Source: a bacterium
GTDB lineage: Bacteria; Zixibacteria; MSB-5A5; WJJR01
DNA length: 64,000 nt
Assembly (NCBI GenBank): GCA_021813505.1
Contig: JAKAKI010000073.1
Span: 45,851 to 109,850, forward strand
Direction: 5' to 3'
Shown here: piece after piece, positions 37,250 to 48,700 of the stretch
Numbering within the stretch: position 1 is the stretch's first letter
Layout: every line of letters begins with the position of its first letter
Translations under genes and position numbers: made by a program
Notes under the pieces: generated by a model
Databases searched by the model: none
Told to the model about the DNA's origin: nothing
What the model saw: only the letters and a program-made list of their open reading frames with translations

Positions 37250-37879
37250 ATGTTCAAGCGTCTTCTGCCCCGAGAGACCGGATTCTTCGATTTCTTCGAG
37301 CAGCATATCAAGCTCTCGATTGCCGTGTGCCGGGAATTGGATGCCATTGCCTTGAATCCGGGCGAGTTGAACAATCGCTCGAATCGGATCAAGGAAATCG
37401 AGCACGAGGCGGATAACATCACCCACACCTGCATCGACGCCCTGCATCGGACATTCATCACGCCGATCGACCGTGGGGACATCTACCAGTTGATCCGGCG
37501 TCTCGATGATATCGTCGATTCAATCGATGCTACAGCATCACGTATGTCGCTTTACGACATGAATGCGATGCGGCCGGAGCTGAAACTGTTTACCGAAGTG
37601 CTGGTGAAGGCGACCGTTGAACTTGATCAGGCCGTTTGCGGACTACGCCACCTGAACCGGCAGGGACCACAGATCCAGAAAGCCTGCATCGCCGTATCGG
37701 ATGCCGAGAACGAAGCGGACCGAATTCTGCGCGCCGCTCTGGCGCGGTTGTTCCATGACAGTGTCGATCCGGTGCTTCTGATTCAGTGGAAGGAGATATT
37801 CGAGCGCCTGGAGAAGGCGGTCGACCGTTGTGAGGACGTCGCCAACATCGTCGAAGGCGTTGTGATCGAGGCTTCCTGA
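37250..37879 (+). CDS. DUF47 (PhoU-like) Pit accessory protein.
   Basis: ~209-aa helical protein immediately upstream of a PiT transporter, the conserved DUF47-PitA pair. Confidence 0.7.
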   Translation: MFKRLLPRETGFFDFFEQHIKLSIAVCRELDAIALNPGELNNRSNRIKEIEHEADNITHTCIDALHRTFITPIDRGDIYQLIRRLDDIVDSIDATASRMSLYDMNAMRPELKLFTEVLVKATVELDQAVCGLRHLNRQGPQIQKACIAVSDAENEADRILRAALARLFHDSVDPVLLIQWKEIFERLEKAVDRCEDVANIVEGVVIEAS

Positions 37880-37881
37880 CC

Positions 37882-38910
37882 ATGACGCCGATCATGATCG
37901 TCATCGTTGCGACGGTTGGCATCGCGCTGATCTTTGATGTCATCAATGGGTTCCACGACGCAGCGAATTCGATTGCCACGGTCGTGTCGACACGGGTGCT
38001 CACTCCCCGCGTGGCGGTCTGGTGGGCGGCGTTTTTCAATCTGGTGGCGATGTTCGTCTTTGCACCGCGGGTCGCCGACACAATCGCGAAAATCGTGAAG
38101 ATCGACGGCCATGACACGGTGTACGTCTATGTGGTGCTGGCGGGATTGATCGGCGCAATCATCTGGGATTTGATCACCTGGTGGCTGGGGCTGCCCACCA
38201 GTTCATCGCATGCACTTATCGGGGGAGTCGCCGGAGCGGGTCTGGCGTACAAAGGCCTGGACGTGATCCGCTGGGGCAATATCTGGAAGTCCGCCCAATT
38301 CATTCCGTTGGCGCCGCTCATCGGCCTTGTCATTGGCTTCGCGGTTGCAATCATGGTTTACTGGGCATTCCGGCGCTGGCGACCGAGCAGCGTTGACCGG
38401 CTCTTTCGCAAGGCGCAAATCCTTTCGGCCGCTTTGTATTCGCTCGGGCACGGCGGCAACGATGCCCAGAAGACCATGGGCATCATCATGGCGCTGTTGA
38501 TCGCAGGCGGCATTATGGCTCCGGGGACCACGCTTTCGCTCACCAATTGGAACACGATGTGGATCATCCTCTCGTGCCATCTGGCGATGGGAATCGGAAC
38601 CGCGTTCGGCGGCTGGCGGATCGTTAAGACGATGGGGATGAAGATCACGAAATTGAAGCCCGTCGGTGGATTTTGCGCTGAGTCCGCCGGTGCCGCCACC
38701 CTCTTTATGGCCACTAATTTGGGAATTCCAGTGTCCACGACACACACGATTACCGGCGCAATCGTCGGCGTCGGTGCGACCCGCCAATTATCCGGCATCA
38801 AATGGGGCGTCGCCGGACGAATCGTGTGGGCATGGATCTTCACGATTCCTGTTTCGGGACTGATTTCCGCAGGCTGCTTTTATCTCTGCAAACTCATCGT
38901 CGGATTCTGA
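37882..38910 (+). CDS. pitA: Inorganic phosphate transporter, PiT family.
   Basis: 'GFHDAANSIATVVST' and a second internal 'GHGGNDAQKTMGII' repeat give the duplicated PiT signature. Confidence 0.85.
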   Translation: MTPIMIVIVATVGIALIFDVINGFHDAANSIATVVSTRVLTPRVAVWWAAFFNLVAMFVFAPRVADTIAKIVKIDGHDTVYVYVVLAGLIGAIIWDLITWWLGLPTSSSHALIGGVAGAGLAYKGLDVIRWGNIWKSAQFIPLAPLIGLVIGFAVAIMVYWAFRRWRPSSVDRLFRKAQILSAALYSLGHGGNDAQKTMGIIMALLIAGGIMAPGTTLSLTNWNTMWIILSCHLAMGIGTAFGGWRIVKTMGMKITKLKPVGGFCAESAGAATLFMATNLGIPVSTTHTITGAIVGVGATRQLSGIKWGVAGRIVWAWIFTIPVSGLISAGCFYLCKLIVGF

Positions 38911-39156
38911 AGACGAACCTGACGCAGGAATGGGCGGGTGTGAATTCGCTTGCCTGTCTTTGGGGCCGGCTGTTGATTTCCGCCGGTTGGATGGTATTGC
39001 TCCGTACGCAGTTGCTGTGTAACCGAAGATTACAAGCGATGACAGCGGGATGGGTCCCGGCCGGGTTCGTGCAAGAATAGCCGCACAGAGCAGGCGCTGT
39101 CTCACAGGACAGCCCTGGGGATCTGTTGAAGGACGGCCCGAGATGGGCAAATAGCT

Positions 39157-41730
39157 ATGAACGAGAGCGTCAACATCAATCACGCTTGCTGGGCCGCCAT
39201 GCCCACCAGTTTCCGCCTGAGCGAGTGGCTCGGAAGGCGGGGCGGGAGTTGGTGGCAGCGGCTCCTGACACGTTGGGTGCACCGGCGCCGGACCAGTGAC
39301 GGTGCGGAGTGGTTCCCGGTTGTTGAGTATGATCCGTACCGACTGGAAGTTCAGATCGTTGCGCCCCGTGTTCCCCTGCGGTTCCTGTTCACCTTCAAAG
39401 GATCGGTGCCCGCGGATACCGTGAAGCTGGAAACCTGGGCGGACAAACAGTGGCAGAATGTGCCCATCGAGTACACCTGGTCGGCGGAGGGCAAGGACAC
39501 CACGCTGCAAATCCGATTGAACCGGCTGATCGTCACGCAGCGCGTCCGGATGGATTTTGGACCCCGGGAGAATGAATTCGATGCGTTTCTCGAAATCCTG
39601 GTGGCGGACTACCCCTACCGGGATAGGGACAGCGTCCATCGGGCACGCACCGAGATCGATGCCCACAACTACCCGGCGGCGGAACAAATACTGAGAGAAT
39701 ACCTCACGCACGTGCCCAATCACTACATCGCCTCAGACCTGCTGGCGAGGCTGTATCTCGATCAAAACGACTTGGTCAATGCGCAGCGCTGGTCGCTGTC
39801 CGCTCTTGTCGCCAGCGATGGCCGTCGCGGGCGAGACGTCCTGACAGCGACCCACACCGCCGGCGCATCAGACCTGCCGGCCGAGATCGCCCGGCTGCGT
39901 GAAGCGTCGAAGGACTGGGAGCTGGAGAAGCACTATGGCACCGTGTGCCTGCTTTACGAGCAGAATTACTGGCTGGGTTTCGAGCAACTCCATCTGGTAC
40001 GGCGGCGCAAGATCATCGACATCCGGCGCAAGGCGGCGGCCCGGCTGATGCACACAATCCGTTTCCGGTACACATCGCATAACGAAATACTCCAATTCGC
40101 CCGGCTCCGGGTGCTGGGATCCAACGGCACGATACAGGAGGTTCCCAGGGAGCAACTGGCCTTGATCGACAGCCCGGAGAATGACGCATCGATCTTCACG
40201 GAGGAATGGAAGGAAGCGGTGTACACTCTTCCCGAACTGGAGAGCGGCGAAGTGCTGGAGTTGGAATACCATATCCTCCATTCGAACCGATTTGTCACCG
40301 ATGGACGACCGGACTTCTTTATCAAAGCCGACTTGAATCTCGAGCACCCTGTGTGGGAAAGCACTGTGCAGATCAAGTGTCCGCACTCCTGGAACGTCCA
40401 GTGCATCCCCCTCAATGGCGCGCCGCCGCCAGTGCACACGAACAATGACAGTGAATGGCAGTCGTATCAGACGACCGTGCATGATCTGGCGTACGACGCG
40501 TTCGCCACTGAGTCGGAGGAGCGGGGTATGCGCAGCCCGCTCGTGTGCTGCGCCTGGGGCTGGAAAGACTGGGAGGAATTCGGACATGACCGGCGGGAAT
40601 TCTACATCAATCTGCCGGTTGACGAGGTTCCCGAGATTCTCAATACCGCGATGGCCAAGGGAGAAACGGCGCAGGAGCGGCTGTGCCTGGCGTTTGAATG
40701 GATTCGTGACCGGCTCAAGTATGCTTCCCTTCCCTCGGCGAAAAAACGCATCGGGAAGACCGGCACGGCCGAAAAGATTGTCGCGACCGGAGTCGGCGAT
40801 TGCGTGGACCGCGCCTATCTGTTGGGTCTCATTGCGCGGAGTCTCGGTTTGGAATTCGAGTATGTGCTCGCGGCAACCCGGGGCGCTCCCCTCGTGGCGG
40901 AGGTACCGGCGGAGCAATTCGACCACGTCTTCATTCGCGTGCGCAATGGCGATGGCTGGGTTTACCTCGATGGCACTAGCGCCCAGACTCCTTTCGGACA
41001 GCCGCCCTGGGAGCAGCAGGGTACGTTTGTGCTGGGTTTGGGACCACAGATCGGATTAATCGAGGTGCCGGTCGATGATCCGGCAGTGAACCGGCTTGAT
41101 CTTTCGGAATCACTCACCTGTGATGAGCAAGGCGGGATGGCCGGCACATTCGCGATCAGTGCCGCGGGAGTTCTCGGGCGTATTCTGGATCGGCGCTGGA
41201 AGGGCTCATCGATGTCTTATGAGGACCCGGACCGCGCCGCGAAGTTTGCGTTGGGTGAGAACTTCTCCGCCGCTACCCTGGCTGATTGGACCTTTCGGAC
41301 CGATCCTTTGGCGCGCGACTCGTTCGAGTTGGCCGGAAGCCATCGGCGAAACCCATTGGAGGAAATGGGTGGAAAGCGTTTTGGCGTTCTGGAGTGGCAC
41401 TTCCAGGCCGGCATCCCATTCTCGATCTGGAAGGAGCGAATCTGGAAAGACGTGGCGATTCTGCCCCTGACGCTAACGCTTGCATTGAATCTCGATATCC
41501 AACCGCCGCCGGGATGGCGCATCGAAGGGCGTTCCCAGATGACCCATTTCGACAATGAATTCGCCACGGTACTCGAGCATGAGCACTGGGATGGGCCAAA
41601 GCTCCGGATTACCCGCCAGTTGATCGTCAAGCGCCGCAAAGTCACCGGCGCTGAGGTGGAACGGATGCCGGAGTTTCTGCACGCCCTGGAGAGCGCGCAG
41701 AAACTCAGTGTGATGTTGTGCCGGGACTGA
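39157..41730 (+). CDS. Transglutaminase-like cysteine-peptidase domain protein with a DUF3857-like N-terminal region (857 aa).
   Basis: 'ATGVGDCVDRAYLLGLIARSLGL' (Cys), 'FDHVFIRVRNGDGW' (His) and 'VYLDGT' (Asp) give a papain-like TGase triad order. Confidence 0.6.
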   Translation: MNESVNINHACWAAMPTSFRLSEWLGRRGGSWWQRLLTRWVHRRRTSDGAEWFPVVEYDPYRLEVQIVAPRVPLRFLFTFKGSVPADTVKLETWADKQWQNVPIEYTWSAEGKDTTLQIRLNRLIVTQRVRMDFGPRENEFDAFLEILVADYPYRDRDSVHRARTEIDAHNYPAAEQILREYLTHVPNHYIASDLLARLYLDQNDLVNAQRWSLSALVASDGRRGRDVLTATHTAGASDLPAEIARLREASKDWELEKHYGTVCLLYEQNYWLGFEQLHLVRRRKIIDIRRKAAARLMHTIRFRYTSHNEILQFARLRVLGSNGTIQEVPREQLALIDSPENDASIFTEEWKEAVYTLPELESGEVLELEYHILHSNRFVTDGRPDFFIKADLNLEHPVWESTVQIKCPHSWNVQCIPLNGAPPPVHTNNDSEWQSYQTTVHDLAYDAFATESEERGMRSPLVCCAWGWKDWEEFGHDRREFYINLPVDEVPEILNTAMAKGETAQERLCLAFEWIRDRLKYASLPSAKKRIGKTGTAEKIVATGVGDCVDRAYLLGLIARSLGLEFEYVLAATRGAPLVAEVPAEQFDHVFIRVRNGDGWVYLDGTSAQTPFGQPPWEQQGTFVLGLGPQIGLIEVPVDDPAVNRLDLSESLTCDEQGGMAGTFAISAAGVLGRILDRRWKGSSMSYEDPDRAAKFALGENFSAATLADWTFRTDPLARDSFELAGSHRRNPLEEMGGKRFGVLEWHFQAGIPFSIWKERIWKDVAILPLTLTLALNLDIQPPPGWRIEGRSQMTHFDNEFATVLEHEHWDGPKLRITRQLIVKRRKVTGAEVERMPEFLHALESAQKLSVMLCRD

Positions 41731-41750
41731 GCAACTGGATCGCCCCAGCT

Positions 41751-42113
41751 TTACTTCATAATCGGTTGCAGCACCCCGAAGATGTTCCCGTCCGGATCCT
41801 TGAAGTAAGCATGCAGTCCGACACCCGGGATCTCGTCGGGGCCTTGAATCTTCTTCCCGCCGGCAGTTTCAATATTGGCCGCAGTTTCGTCTAGTGATTC
41901 GACCGCCATGGTGAGTGAGATTGCCTGGGGGAAGTGACGGTGCATGATGCCGCCGTTGATTCCCATCGTTCCGTCGGGACCGGTGTTGACCAGCCAGTAG
42001 GATTGCTGGCCTCCGGTCCACGTGTTGGTGGTCCAACCGAAGACTCTCTGGTAGAACGCGGCCACCGCCTCCGGGTGCTCGGCGAGGATTTCGAAATGAA
42101 CGGGTCGGGACAT
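41751..42113 (-). CDS. VOC/glyoxalase-family protein.
   Basis: 'VHFEILAEHPEAVAAFYQRVFGW' and 'FKDPDGNIFGV' are typical paired βαβββ VOC modules. Confidence 0.65.
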   Translation of the reverse strand: MSRPVHFEILAEHPEAVAAFYQRVFGWTTNTWTGGQQSYWLVNTGPDGTMGINGGIMHRHFPQAISLTMAVESLDETAANIETAGGKKIQGPDEIPGVGLHAYFKDPDGNIFGVLQPIMK

Positions 42114-42388
42114 AAGGGCTCCTTCGCGGATACGGGTGAATGACATGAGACCGGTCGTCTTGAATACTACGATTCGAAGGGGCTTGGGTTCAACGCAATG
42201 TGTTCACGGACGGGCAAAAGGTGGCTGGATGGCCAAGTGACTTCTGAAAGACATTTGAGGTCAGGCCCTCCGAGCACCCTCGTCGCTACGCTTTCATGTT
42301 GCGCGGTTTGCGGCAATCTCCGATGATGCCCCGGAGAATACGGCCTGAGCGGGGCAACGACGCGTCCGCGTGGCTGTACGGAGGCGCC

Positions 42389-42895
42389 ATGACCCTGCTC
42401 AATCTTCTCTTCGCTGCCATACTGCTCTTCTTTCTATTCCATGGTTTGCGCCGTGGATTCGTCCATGAGATCCTTGAGACTATTGGCATGATTCTCGCCG
42501 CGGTACTGGCCTATCGGCTGATGCCGGCTGCAACCAAGCTGATTGGAATCACCGAGGGCCCTCCTGGAGCCAAGCAGGCCATTGTTTGCCTCGTCCTGTT
42601 CATCTTGCTGATGATCGTGGTCGGGTTCATCGCGCGGGCCGCACGGAAAGCGGTCGAATCGGCCGGGCTGGGAACGATGGATCGCATCCTCGGCGGCGCG
42701 TTGTCTCTTTTCAAAGGCGGGATCATTATCGCCGGAATCTGCTGGGCGTTTCTCTGGGTGGGTGGCAAAGGCGAGGAAGCGGTCAAGAACTCGGTCATCG
42801 CCCGTGTTGATCTCAACGCCTACCAGTGGCTGAGCAATCTGTTGCCGGCTGACTGGGAAAAGCAGGTCAGGGATTTTGTGCGCGATAAGATTTGA
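42389..42895 (+). CDS. cvpA: CvpA-family membrane protein.
   Basis: ATG 42389 with RBS GGAGG. Four TM helices. 'LGTMDRILGGALSLFKGGIIIAGICWAF' pattern. Confidence 0.6.
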   Translation: MTLLNLLFAAILLFFLFHGLRRGFVHEILETIGMILAAVLAYRLMPAATKLIGITEGPPGAKQAIVCLVLFILLMIVVGFIARAARKAVESAGLGTMDRILGGALSLFKGGIIIAGICWAFLWVGGKGEEAVKNSVIARVDLNAYQWLSNLLPADWEKQVRDFVRDKI

Positions 42896-43174
42896 TGGTT
42901 TAAGATCACTGCGCGAACTCTCCGATTGTAGAGGCGGCCCTGTGTGGCCGCCCGTTTCATTGTACTCAACAACCGGGCGCCCACACAGGGGCGCCCCTAC
43001 GCGCGTCAGGCGTCAAGGAATCTGCTGTTGAAGTTGTCTGCGCGCAGAGCCAAACAGCGGATGCTTCGTCGCTTCGCTCCTCAGCATGACATCCGCCGGT
43101 CGTTCATTACAACCTCGCGTGTGATATAGCATCCGTGGCTGCGAGTTGCTGACGTGTGGCCGCGATCTCCGGGG

Positions 43175-43312
43175 CGTGTTGAAAATACCGTGCATCTGGA
43201 GACGAGAGCGCGGACAGGAGTGTCCGCGCCACAGGAGTGTCCGCGCCACTGAGAGACAAGATTTCCCGTGACCAAGAGTGGGGCAGACACTCTTGTCTGC
43301 CCAGTTTTTCAA
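43175..43312. repeat. MITE-like element, family B copy 2, with an internal 17-bp duplication.
   Basis: 'gtgttgaaaa...gacgagagcgcggacaggagtgtccgcgccaca ggagtgtccgcgccact...gagtggggcagacactcttgtctgccc...ttttcaaca'. Confidence 0.7.
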
Positions 43313-43420
43313 CAATCCCCAGAAATCGCGGCCACGCGTCGGTGATCGCCACGGGGTATTGAAGCCGGGCCCCACACAGGGGCGCCCCTACGCCGCTACC
43401 ATTTCTACAGGCTTAATTCT

Positions 43421-44407
43421 CTACGAGTTTTGAAGCTGCCTGAGTTCGTCGAGCACGCGCTGGTTGATTGCGTTCGCGTTGCCACCGGCGCGGTTGTTGG
43501 CCACCGTTACCGTCGGCAGGCTGGCTTTGGTGCCTTCGAGGATAATTGTCGCGGCATCGCGGTACATCTGCGGGAATTCGTCTTTGAGTTCGGCAAAGGG
43601 GTGATAGCGGGCGTACGTTTCTTCGTACGCGACCCGCAGTGGCGTCAACAGGCGCGTGATCGACCATGTGCCGGTGAAGCCGCCCGCCTGTTGCCACTGT
43701 GTCTTTAAGTCCGGCAGCCAGGTCCAATGGCTGAAGACATTGCCGATGCTCCATTCGTGCAAGAAGGCGAAATAGTCGGGCGTCTTGAGCCGGTCGGTCC
43801 GTTCCTCGATGTGATAGCGGCTGTCCGGCGGGATTTGTTCGAAGAACTTGCGAAGCCGCCCGATATTCTCCTCCGGCGGTGGACACGAATCCTTGCGCTG
43901 GTATCCCTTCTCGAAGACAAACCCCACGATGCGCTCTCCCAGCACGTCGATGGCGGGCCGGTAGAAGCGATCGGTGAACCGTTCCGCGTCGAGGTAGTCG
44001 CTATTGTCCACCATCGCGCGCTTGCCGCCCTCGCGGGTCCAGCGCCGTGTGGCCGTGATAGCCTCGGGCACCTTGAGCAGTACACGCGCATCAGCCGGAA
44101 GCCACTTGGCGTACTCGAGCAACGTGGCATAGTTGCGCGACGGTTTGCCATCCCCCTCGACCAGATACGCATAGAACGTGAAGTCCAACTCGATGGCGTT
44201 GTAATGCTGGAAGTACTCGACCACTGACCGGACCGGGAGTTTTTCCTCGGCGAGGCTCTCCCCTTTGATCGTCTTCTGCGTGCGCGTGATCTTGTATTCC
44301 TTGTCTTCGGAATAGATTTGGCCGAGCCACCCGGCGTAGCGGTCGCTCGCCGTCGCAAAGTGCACACCCTTGGCGATGTCGCGGAACTGATACCGATTAG
44401 ATGACAC
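43421..44407 (-). CDS. DUF72-family protein.
   Basis: 'ASDRYAGWLGQIY' and 'VEYFQHYNAIELDFTFY' match the DUF72 (UPF0759) N-terminal pattern. Confidence 0.5.
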   Translation of the reverse strand: MSSNRYQFRDIAKGVHFATASDRYAGWLGQIYSEDKEYKITRTQKTIKGESLAEEKLPVRSVVEYFQHYNAIELDFTFYAYLVEGDGKPSRNYATLLEYAKWLPADARVLLKVPEAITATRRWTREGGKRAMVDNSDYLDAERFTDRFYRPAIDVLGERIVGFVFEKGYQRKDSCPPPEENIGRLRKFFEQIPPDSRYHIEERTDRLKTPDYFAFLHEWSIGNVFSHWTWLPDLKTQWQQAGGFTGTWSITRLLTPLRVAYEETYARYHPFAELKDEFPQMYRDAATIILEGTKASLPTVTVANNRAGGNANAINQRVLDELRQLQNS

Positions 44408-44448
44408 GGAAGTGATTCTCCTGCCCCTGTGGGCGGTCGTAGTGATAC

Positions 44449-45702
44449 GTGGGCAGCATGGGAGTTATGGGAAGTATGCGAAGCACGCAAAATCCCGGTC
44501 AACGGCATATCGTACACACCGACTTTGATGGGTTTTGCGTGGCGGTGGAACGGGTGTGCAACCCGTACCTGCGGGCGCGCCCGGTGGCTTTGGGGGATGT
44601 CTCGCGGGCGCGGTCAGTGGTGGCGGCGGTATCGCCCGAGTCGCGCCGGGCGGGCGTGTATGTCGCAATGCCGGTTGACTTGGCTCGCAAGCGCTGCCCC
44701 GACCTCGTGGTGGTCGATGCCAATTTCACGCTCTATGGACGGGTGTCGCAACAGGTGCAGAAACACCTGCAACGGTATTCGCCGCATGTCGAGCATGCGT
44801 CGTGGGACACGACCTACCTCGACTTGACCGGCATGCAGGGGATATTCGGGGCTGCCGTCGATGCCGCGGCGCGCCTGCGCCGTGAACTGAAAGATTCACT
44901 CCGTCTCGATCTGGCGATGGGAGTCGCCGCCAACAAACTGGTCTCACATGTTGCCTCGCAAACCATCCGGCCCAGCGGCCTCTGCGAGGTCCCGCCGGGA
45001 GAGGAAGCGGCGTTCTTGGCACCGCTTCCGGTGGAACACCTGCCGGGTGTCGGGACAGTGACACACAAACGGCTGGCGGATTTCAATATTCAGACCATTG
45101 GGGAACTGGCGGACGCTGATCAGGGACTCCTCGTCCGGGCGTTTGGGGCGCGCGGCCAGACACTGCACGATTACGCGCTCGGCACGGATGACACGCCGGT
45201 GGGTGCGGTTCGCCCCATCGCGCAGCAGGAATCACTGTCGCGGACGGTGACGATGGCGCATGATACCAATGACCGGGGTGAGCTCACCGCTGCCCTGATG
45301 AATCTCATCGAGACCGTTGGTTCGCAGTTGCGAATCAGCGAGCGGCAGGCCCGCAGGATGACAGTGCATGCCATCTATGTCGACGGCGGGCGCGCCGAAC
45401 GGACGGTCCGGCTTACCGCCCCCACCAATCTGGATGGCACGCTCATGCCTCTCGCTGAAACACTGCTGGCGCAAACGCTCTCGCGGCGGCTCACGGTGCG
45501 GGAGATTGGCATCTCCCTTTCTGATTTGTGCGCGGCGAGTTCACAGTTGCAATTGTTCGCGCACGAGTCCGCCGACGGACGCGCGCGCGCCTTGATGGGC
45601 GCGGTGGACACAATTCGCAGCCGTTTCGGAGGCGCGATCATCAAGTCGGGACGGGCCTGGGCGCACTCGAAGGTGATGGAAGCGAACGCGGTGGCCGCAT
45701 GA
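44449..45702 (+). CDS. imuB: Y-family DNA polymerase (DinB/ImuB-like) of a mutagenesis cassette. The true start may be the internal Met at ~44476.
   Basis: 'HIVHTDFDGFCVAVERV' is the Y-family palm start with a DxD motif. It overlaps the dnaE2 start by ATGA. Confidence 0.7.
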   Translation: MGSMGVMGSMRSTQNPGQRHIVHTDFDGFCVAVERVCNPYLRARPVALGDVSRARSVVAAVSPESRRAGVYVAMPVDLARKRCPDLVVVDANFTLYGRVSQQVQKHLQRYSPHVEHASWDTTYLDLTGMQGIFGAAVDAAARLRRELKDSLRLDLAMGVAANKLVSHVASQTIRPSGLCEVPPGEEAAFLAPLPVEHLPGVGTVTHKRLADFNIQTIGELADADQGLLVRAFGARGQTLHDYALGTDDTPVGAVRPIAQQESLSRTVTMAHDTNDRGELTAALMNLIETVGSQLRISERQARRMTVHAIYVDGGRAERTVRLTAPTNLDGTLMPLAETLLAQTLSRRLTVREIGISLSDLCAASSQLQLFAHESADGRARALMGAVDTIRSRFGGAIIKSGRAWAHSKVMEANAVAA

Positions 45703-48700
45703 GTTTCGTCCATCTCCATACGCATTCGAACTACTCGTTCCTGCGCGGGGCCGATTCGCCCGAGGTGATGGCGGAACGGGCGGCAATGCTGACGATGCCG
45801 GCGCTGGCGCTGACCGATCGCAACGGGCTCTACGGCGCCGTGCCGTTTCAGAAGGCGTGCGTGCATCACGGCATCAGGCCCATCTTCGGGACTCAGTTGG
45901 TGACAGTGGATGCAACGTGCGTAGCACTGGCGAAAAACGAAACCGGGTATCGCAGCCTGTGCCGGGCGATCACGGCGTTGCATTTGCACGAAGGGCGCAG
46001 GCCATTCGATCTGCCGGGACACTTGGCCAATGACTCCGAGGGTGTGATCATCATCTCGGGCGATGCGGCACTGCTGGCGCACTTGAAGCAACGACGCGGC
46101 CCGGAGGATTTGTATATCGAAATCACACCCGGGCCTGGACAGTCGCGCGCGTGGGACATGCACCGCGAACTGGGCCTGCCGCTTCTAGCCACGAACAATG
46201 TCTGGTTCGCCACACCGGAGGATCATGACCGTCACCGGCTGCTCGCCGCGATTGGACTGAACGCCACCCTGTCCTCGATCCCGGCAGGCGAAGTCGCCAC
46301 CGCCGAGAACTGGCTGAAACCGGACGGCCAGATGCGGCATCTCTTCCGTCATCTGCCCGAGGCAATCGCGAATGCGGCGCGCGTGGCGGAGGAGTGCGAA
46401 TTCCACCTTGCCTTCGGCACACTGCGGCTGCCGCGCTTTCCGTTCACCGGCGGGCAGAGCGCGCTCGCGATGCTCCGCGCGAAGACCGAGGCGGGACTGG
46501 TGCGCCGCTATGGCGCCGTCACGCCAGCGGTGCGCCGTCAGGTCGAGCATGAACTGGCGATCATCGCCGAAATGGGATACGCTGACTATTTTCTCATCGT
46601 CGCCGACATTGTCGATGCGGCCAAGTCGATGGGGATACCCACCTGCGGGCGGGGGAGCGCCGCCAACAGCGTCGTGTCGTATGCGCTGGAACTCACTCAT
46701 GTCGAGCCACTGTCGCACAACCTGTACTTCGAACGGTTTCTCAATCGCGGACGCAGTGACTGTCCCGACGTCGATATCGATTTCTCATGGAAGGACCGTG
46801 ACCGGGTGATCGACTGGGCGTACCAGCGTTATGGACGCGACCGCACCGCGATGATCTCGACCCACGTGTCGTTCGCGGCGCGCGGGGCGGTGCGCGAGAT
46901 TGCCAAGGTCATGGGGGTGCCGCCGGCGGAGATTACCCGCATTACCAAGCGCCTGCCGGGAGGCTGGGAGACCGGCTCGATCGCGGTGGCGGCGCGCAAC
47001 GACCCGCGGTCGGCGGGGCTGCCATTTGATCAGGAGCCGTGGAAGACCGTGTTTGCCCAAGCCACACAACTCGGCGGATTCCCGAAACATCTGGGGATTC
47101 ACGCCGGCGGAATCGTGATCTCCCCCGGCCCGCTCACCGACTTTGTCCCGCTGCAACGCGCCGCCAAGGAGACCCAAGCGGGACATGTGATCGTGACCCA
47201 ATGGGACATGTACCCGATTGAGGACATCGGGCTGGTGAAGATCGATCTTCTGGGCAACCGGTCGCTGGCGGTCATCAACGATGCGATTGGCGCAGTGCAG
47301 TCCAACACCGGAACCGTCATCGACTACACCAGTTTCAATCCCATCGAGGACGACATGACCCGGCGCATGATCCGCAAGGGCGACACGATGGGGTGTTTCT
47401 ATGTCGAGAGCCCGTCAATGCGGAGTCTCTTGCGCAAACTCGACTGCGACACATTTGACGGGCTGGTCGCCGCGTCATCGATCATCCGCCCGGGGATTGC
47501 CTCGTCGGGGATGATGCAAGCGTATGTGGAACGGTTTCACCACACGCGCACGGCCGGCGCGCATGATGCGTCGTGGTATCTTCACCCGCGCATGCGCGAC
47601 GCACTGGAGGCAACCTACGGCGTCATGGCGTACCAAGAGGATGTGCTCAAAGTCGCTGAGATGATCGCCGGGATGAGTCCGGAGGACTCCGACGGGCTGC
47701 GCAAGGCGATGTCGAAGAAACGCGATTTCGTGGCCATTGAACGGTACCGGCGGCAGTTCATCGGTGGTGCGGTCACGCATGGGTGCACCTCACTGGTGGC
47801 CGAGGAGTTGTGGCGTCAGATCGAATCGTTCTCGGGATACTCGTTTTGCAAGGCACATTCGGCATCGTACGCGCTGGTCAGCTACCAGGCGGCGTATCTC
47901 CGCGCGCATCATCCGGCCGAGTTCATGGCGTCAGTGCTGTCGAATTACGGCGGCTACTACGCGACATTCGCCTATGTATCCGAAGCCAAGCGGATGGGCA
48001 TCACGGTCCTGCTCCCCTGCGTCAATCAGAGCGAGTGGCAGTTCACCGGTGATGCTGGCACGATTCGTATTGGCCTGTGCCAGTTACAGGGGTTTCAGGA
48101 ACACGATGGGCATCGGCTTATCGAGGAACGCCGTCGCAATGGGCCGTTTCTGCATCTGGCCGATTTCATAAGGCGGGTGCCGGTACCGGTGCCGGCCGTT
48201 GACACACTCATTCGTGCCGGGGCGTTCGACAGCATCAGTGGTGGCATGAACCGCCCGCAATTAATGCGCCAGCACGTCATGATGCAGTCAGGGCCACCGA
48301 GTGCGATGGGCCAGCACATGCCCGATCTTTTCAGTGCCTCACCCCCGCCGCATGTCGCCCCTGTCCGCGACTACGACTGGCACAAAACGCTGGCGTGTGA
48401 GGTGGAGGCGATTGGATTCGCCGTGTCGGCGCATCCCCTGGCCCTCTATAAAGACGCGCTGGCCAAGCTGCGTGTTCTCCGGGCGAGTAATCTGGAGAAT
48501 TACGTGGGCAAGACAGTCGCGCTCGTGGGGTGGCAGGTGACGCGGAAGCGTTTGCGGACCAAGCATGATGAGCCGATGGTGTTCATCACGTTTGAGGACA
48601 CGCATGCGCTGTACGAAACCGTGATGTTCCCGCGCGAGTACCGGCGGTTCGCTCCGCTCACCGTGGCGAGCGGGCCGTTTCTGGTGACTGGGCCAGTGAC

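Noticed and set aside
36935-37250. Pho box upstream of the DUF47-pitA pair.
   Set aside because: No tandem CTGTCAT-like 7-bp direct repeats with 4-bp spacing are visible in the intergenic region.
38788-39723. Minus-strand 311-aa ORF between PiT and the TGase-like gene.
   Set aside because: It overlaps both neighbouring plus-strand genes, has Arg/Pro-rich composition and no motifs.
43705-44517. Minus-strand 270-aa ORF in an alternative frame over the DUF72 gene.
   Set aside because: The frame carrying the DUF72 motifs (43421..44407) is preferred. The alternative frame is Arg/Ser/Thr-rich low complexity.
45375-46163. Minus-strand 262-aa ORF overlapping the imuB/dnaE2 junction.
   Set aside because: It is antisense to the dnaE2 PHP domain.
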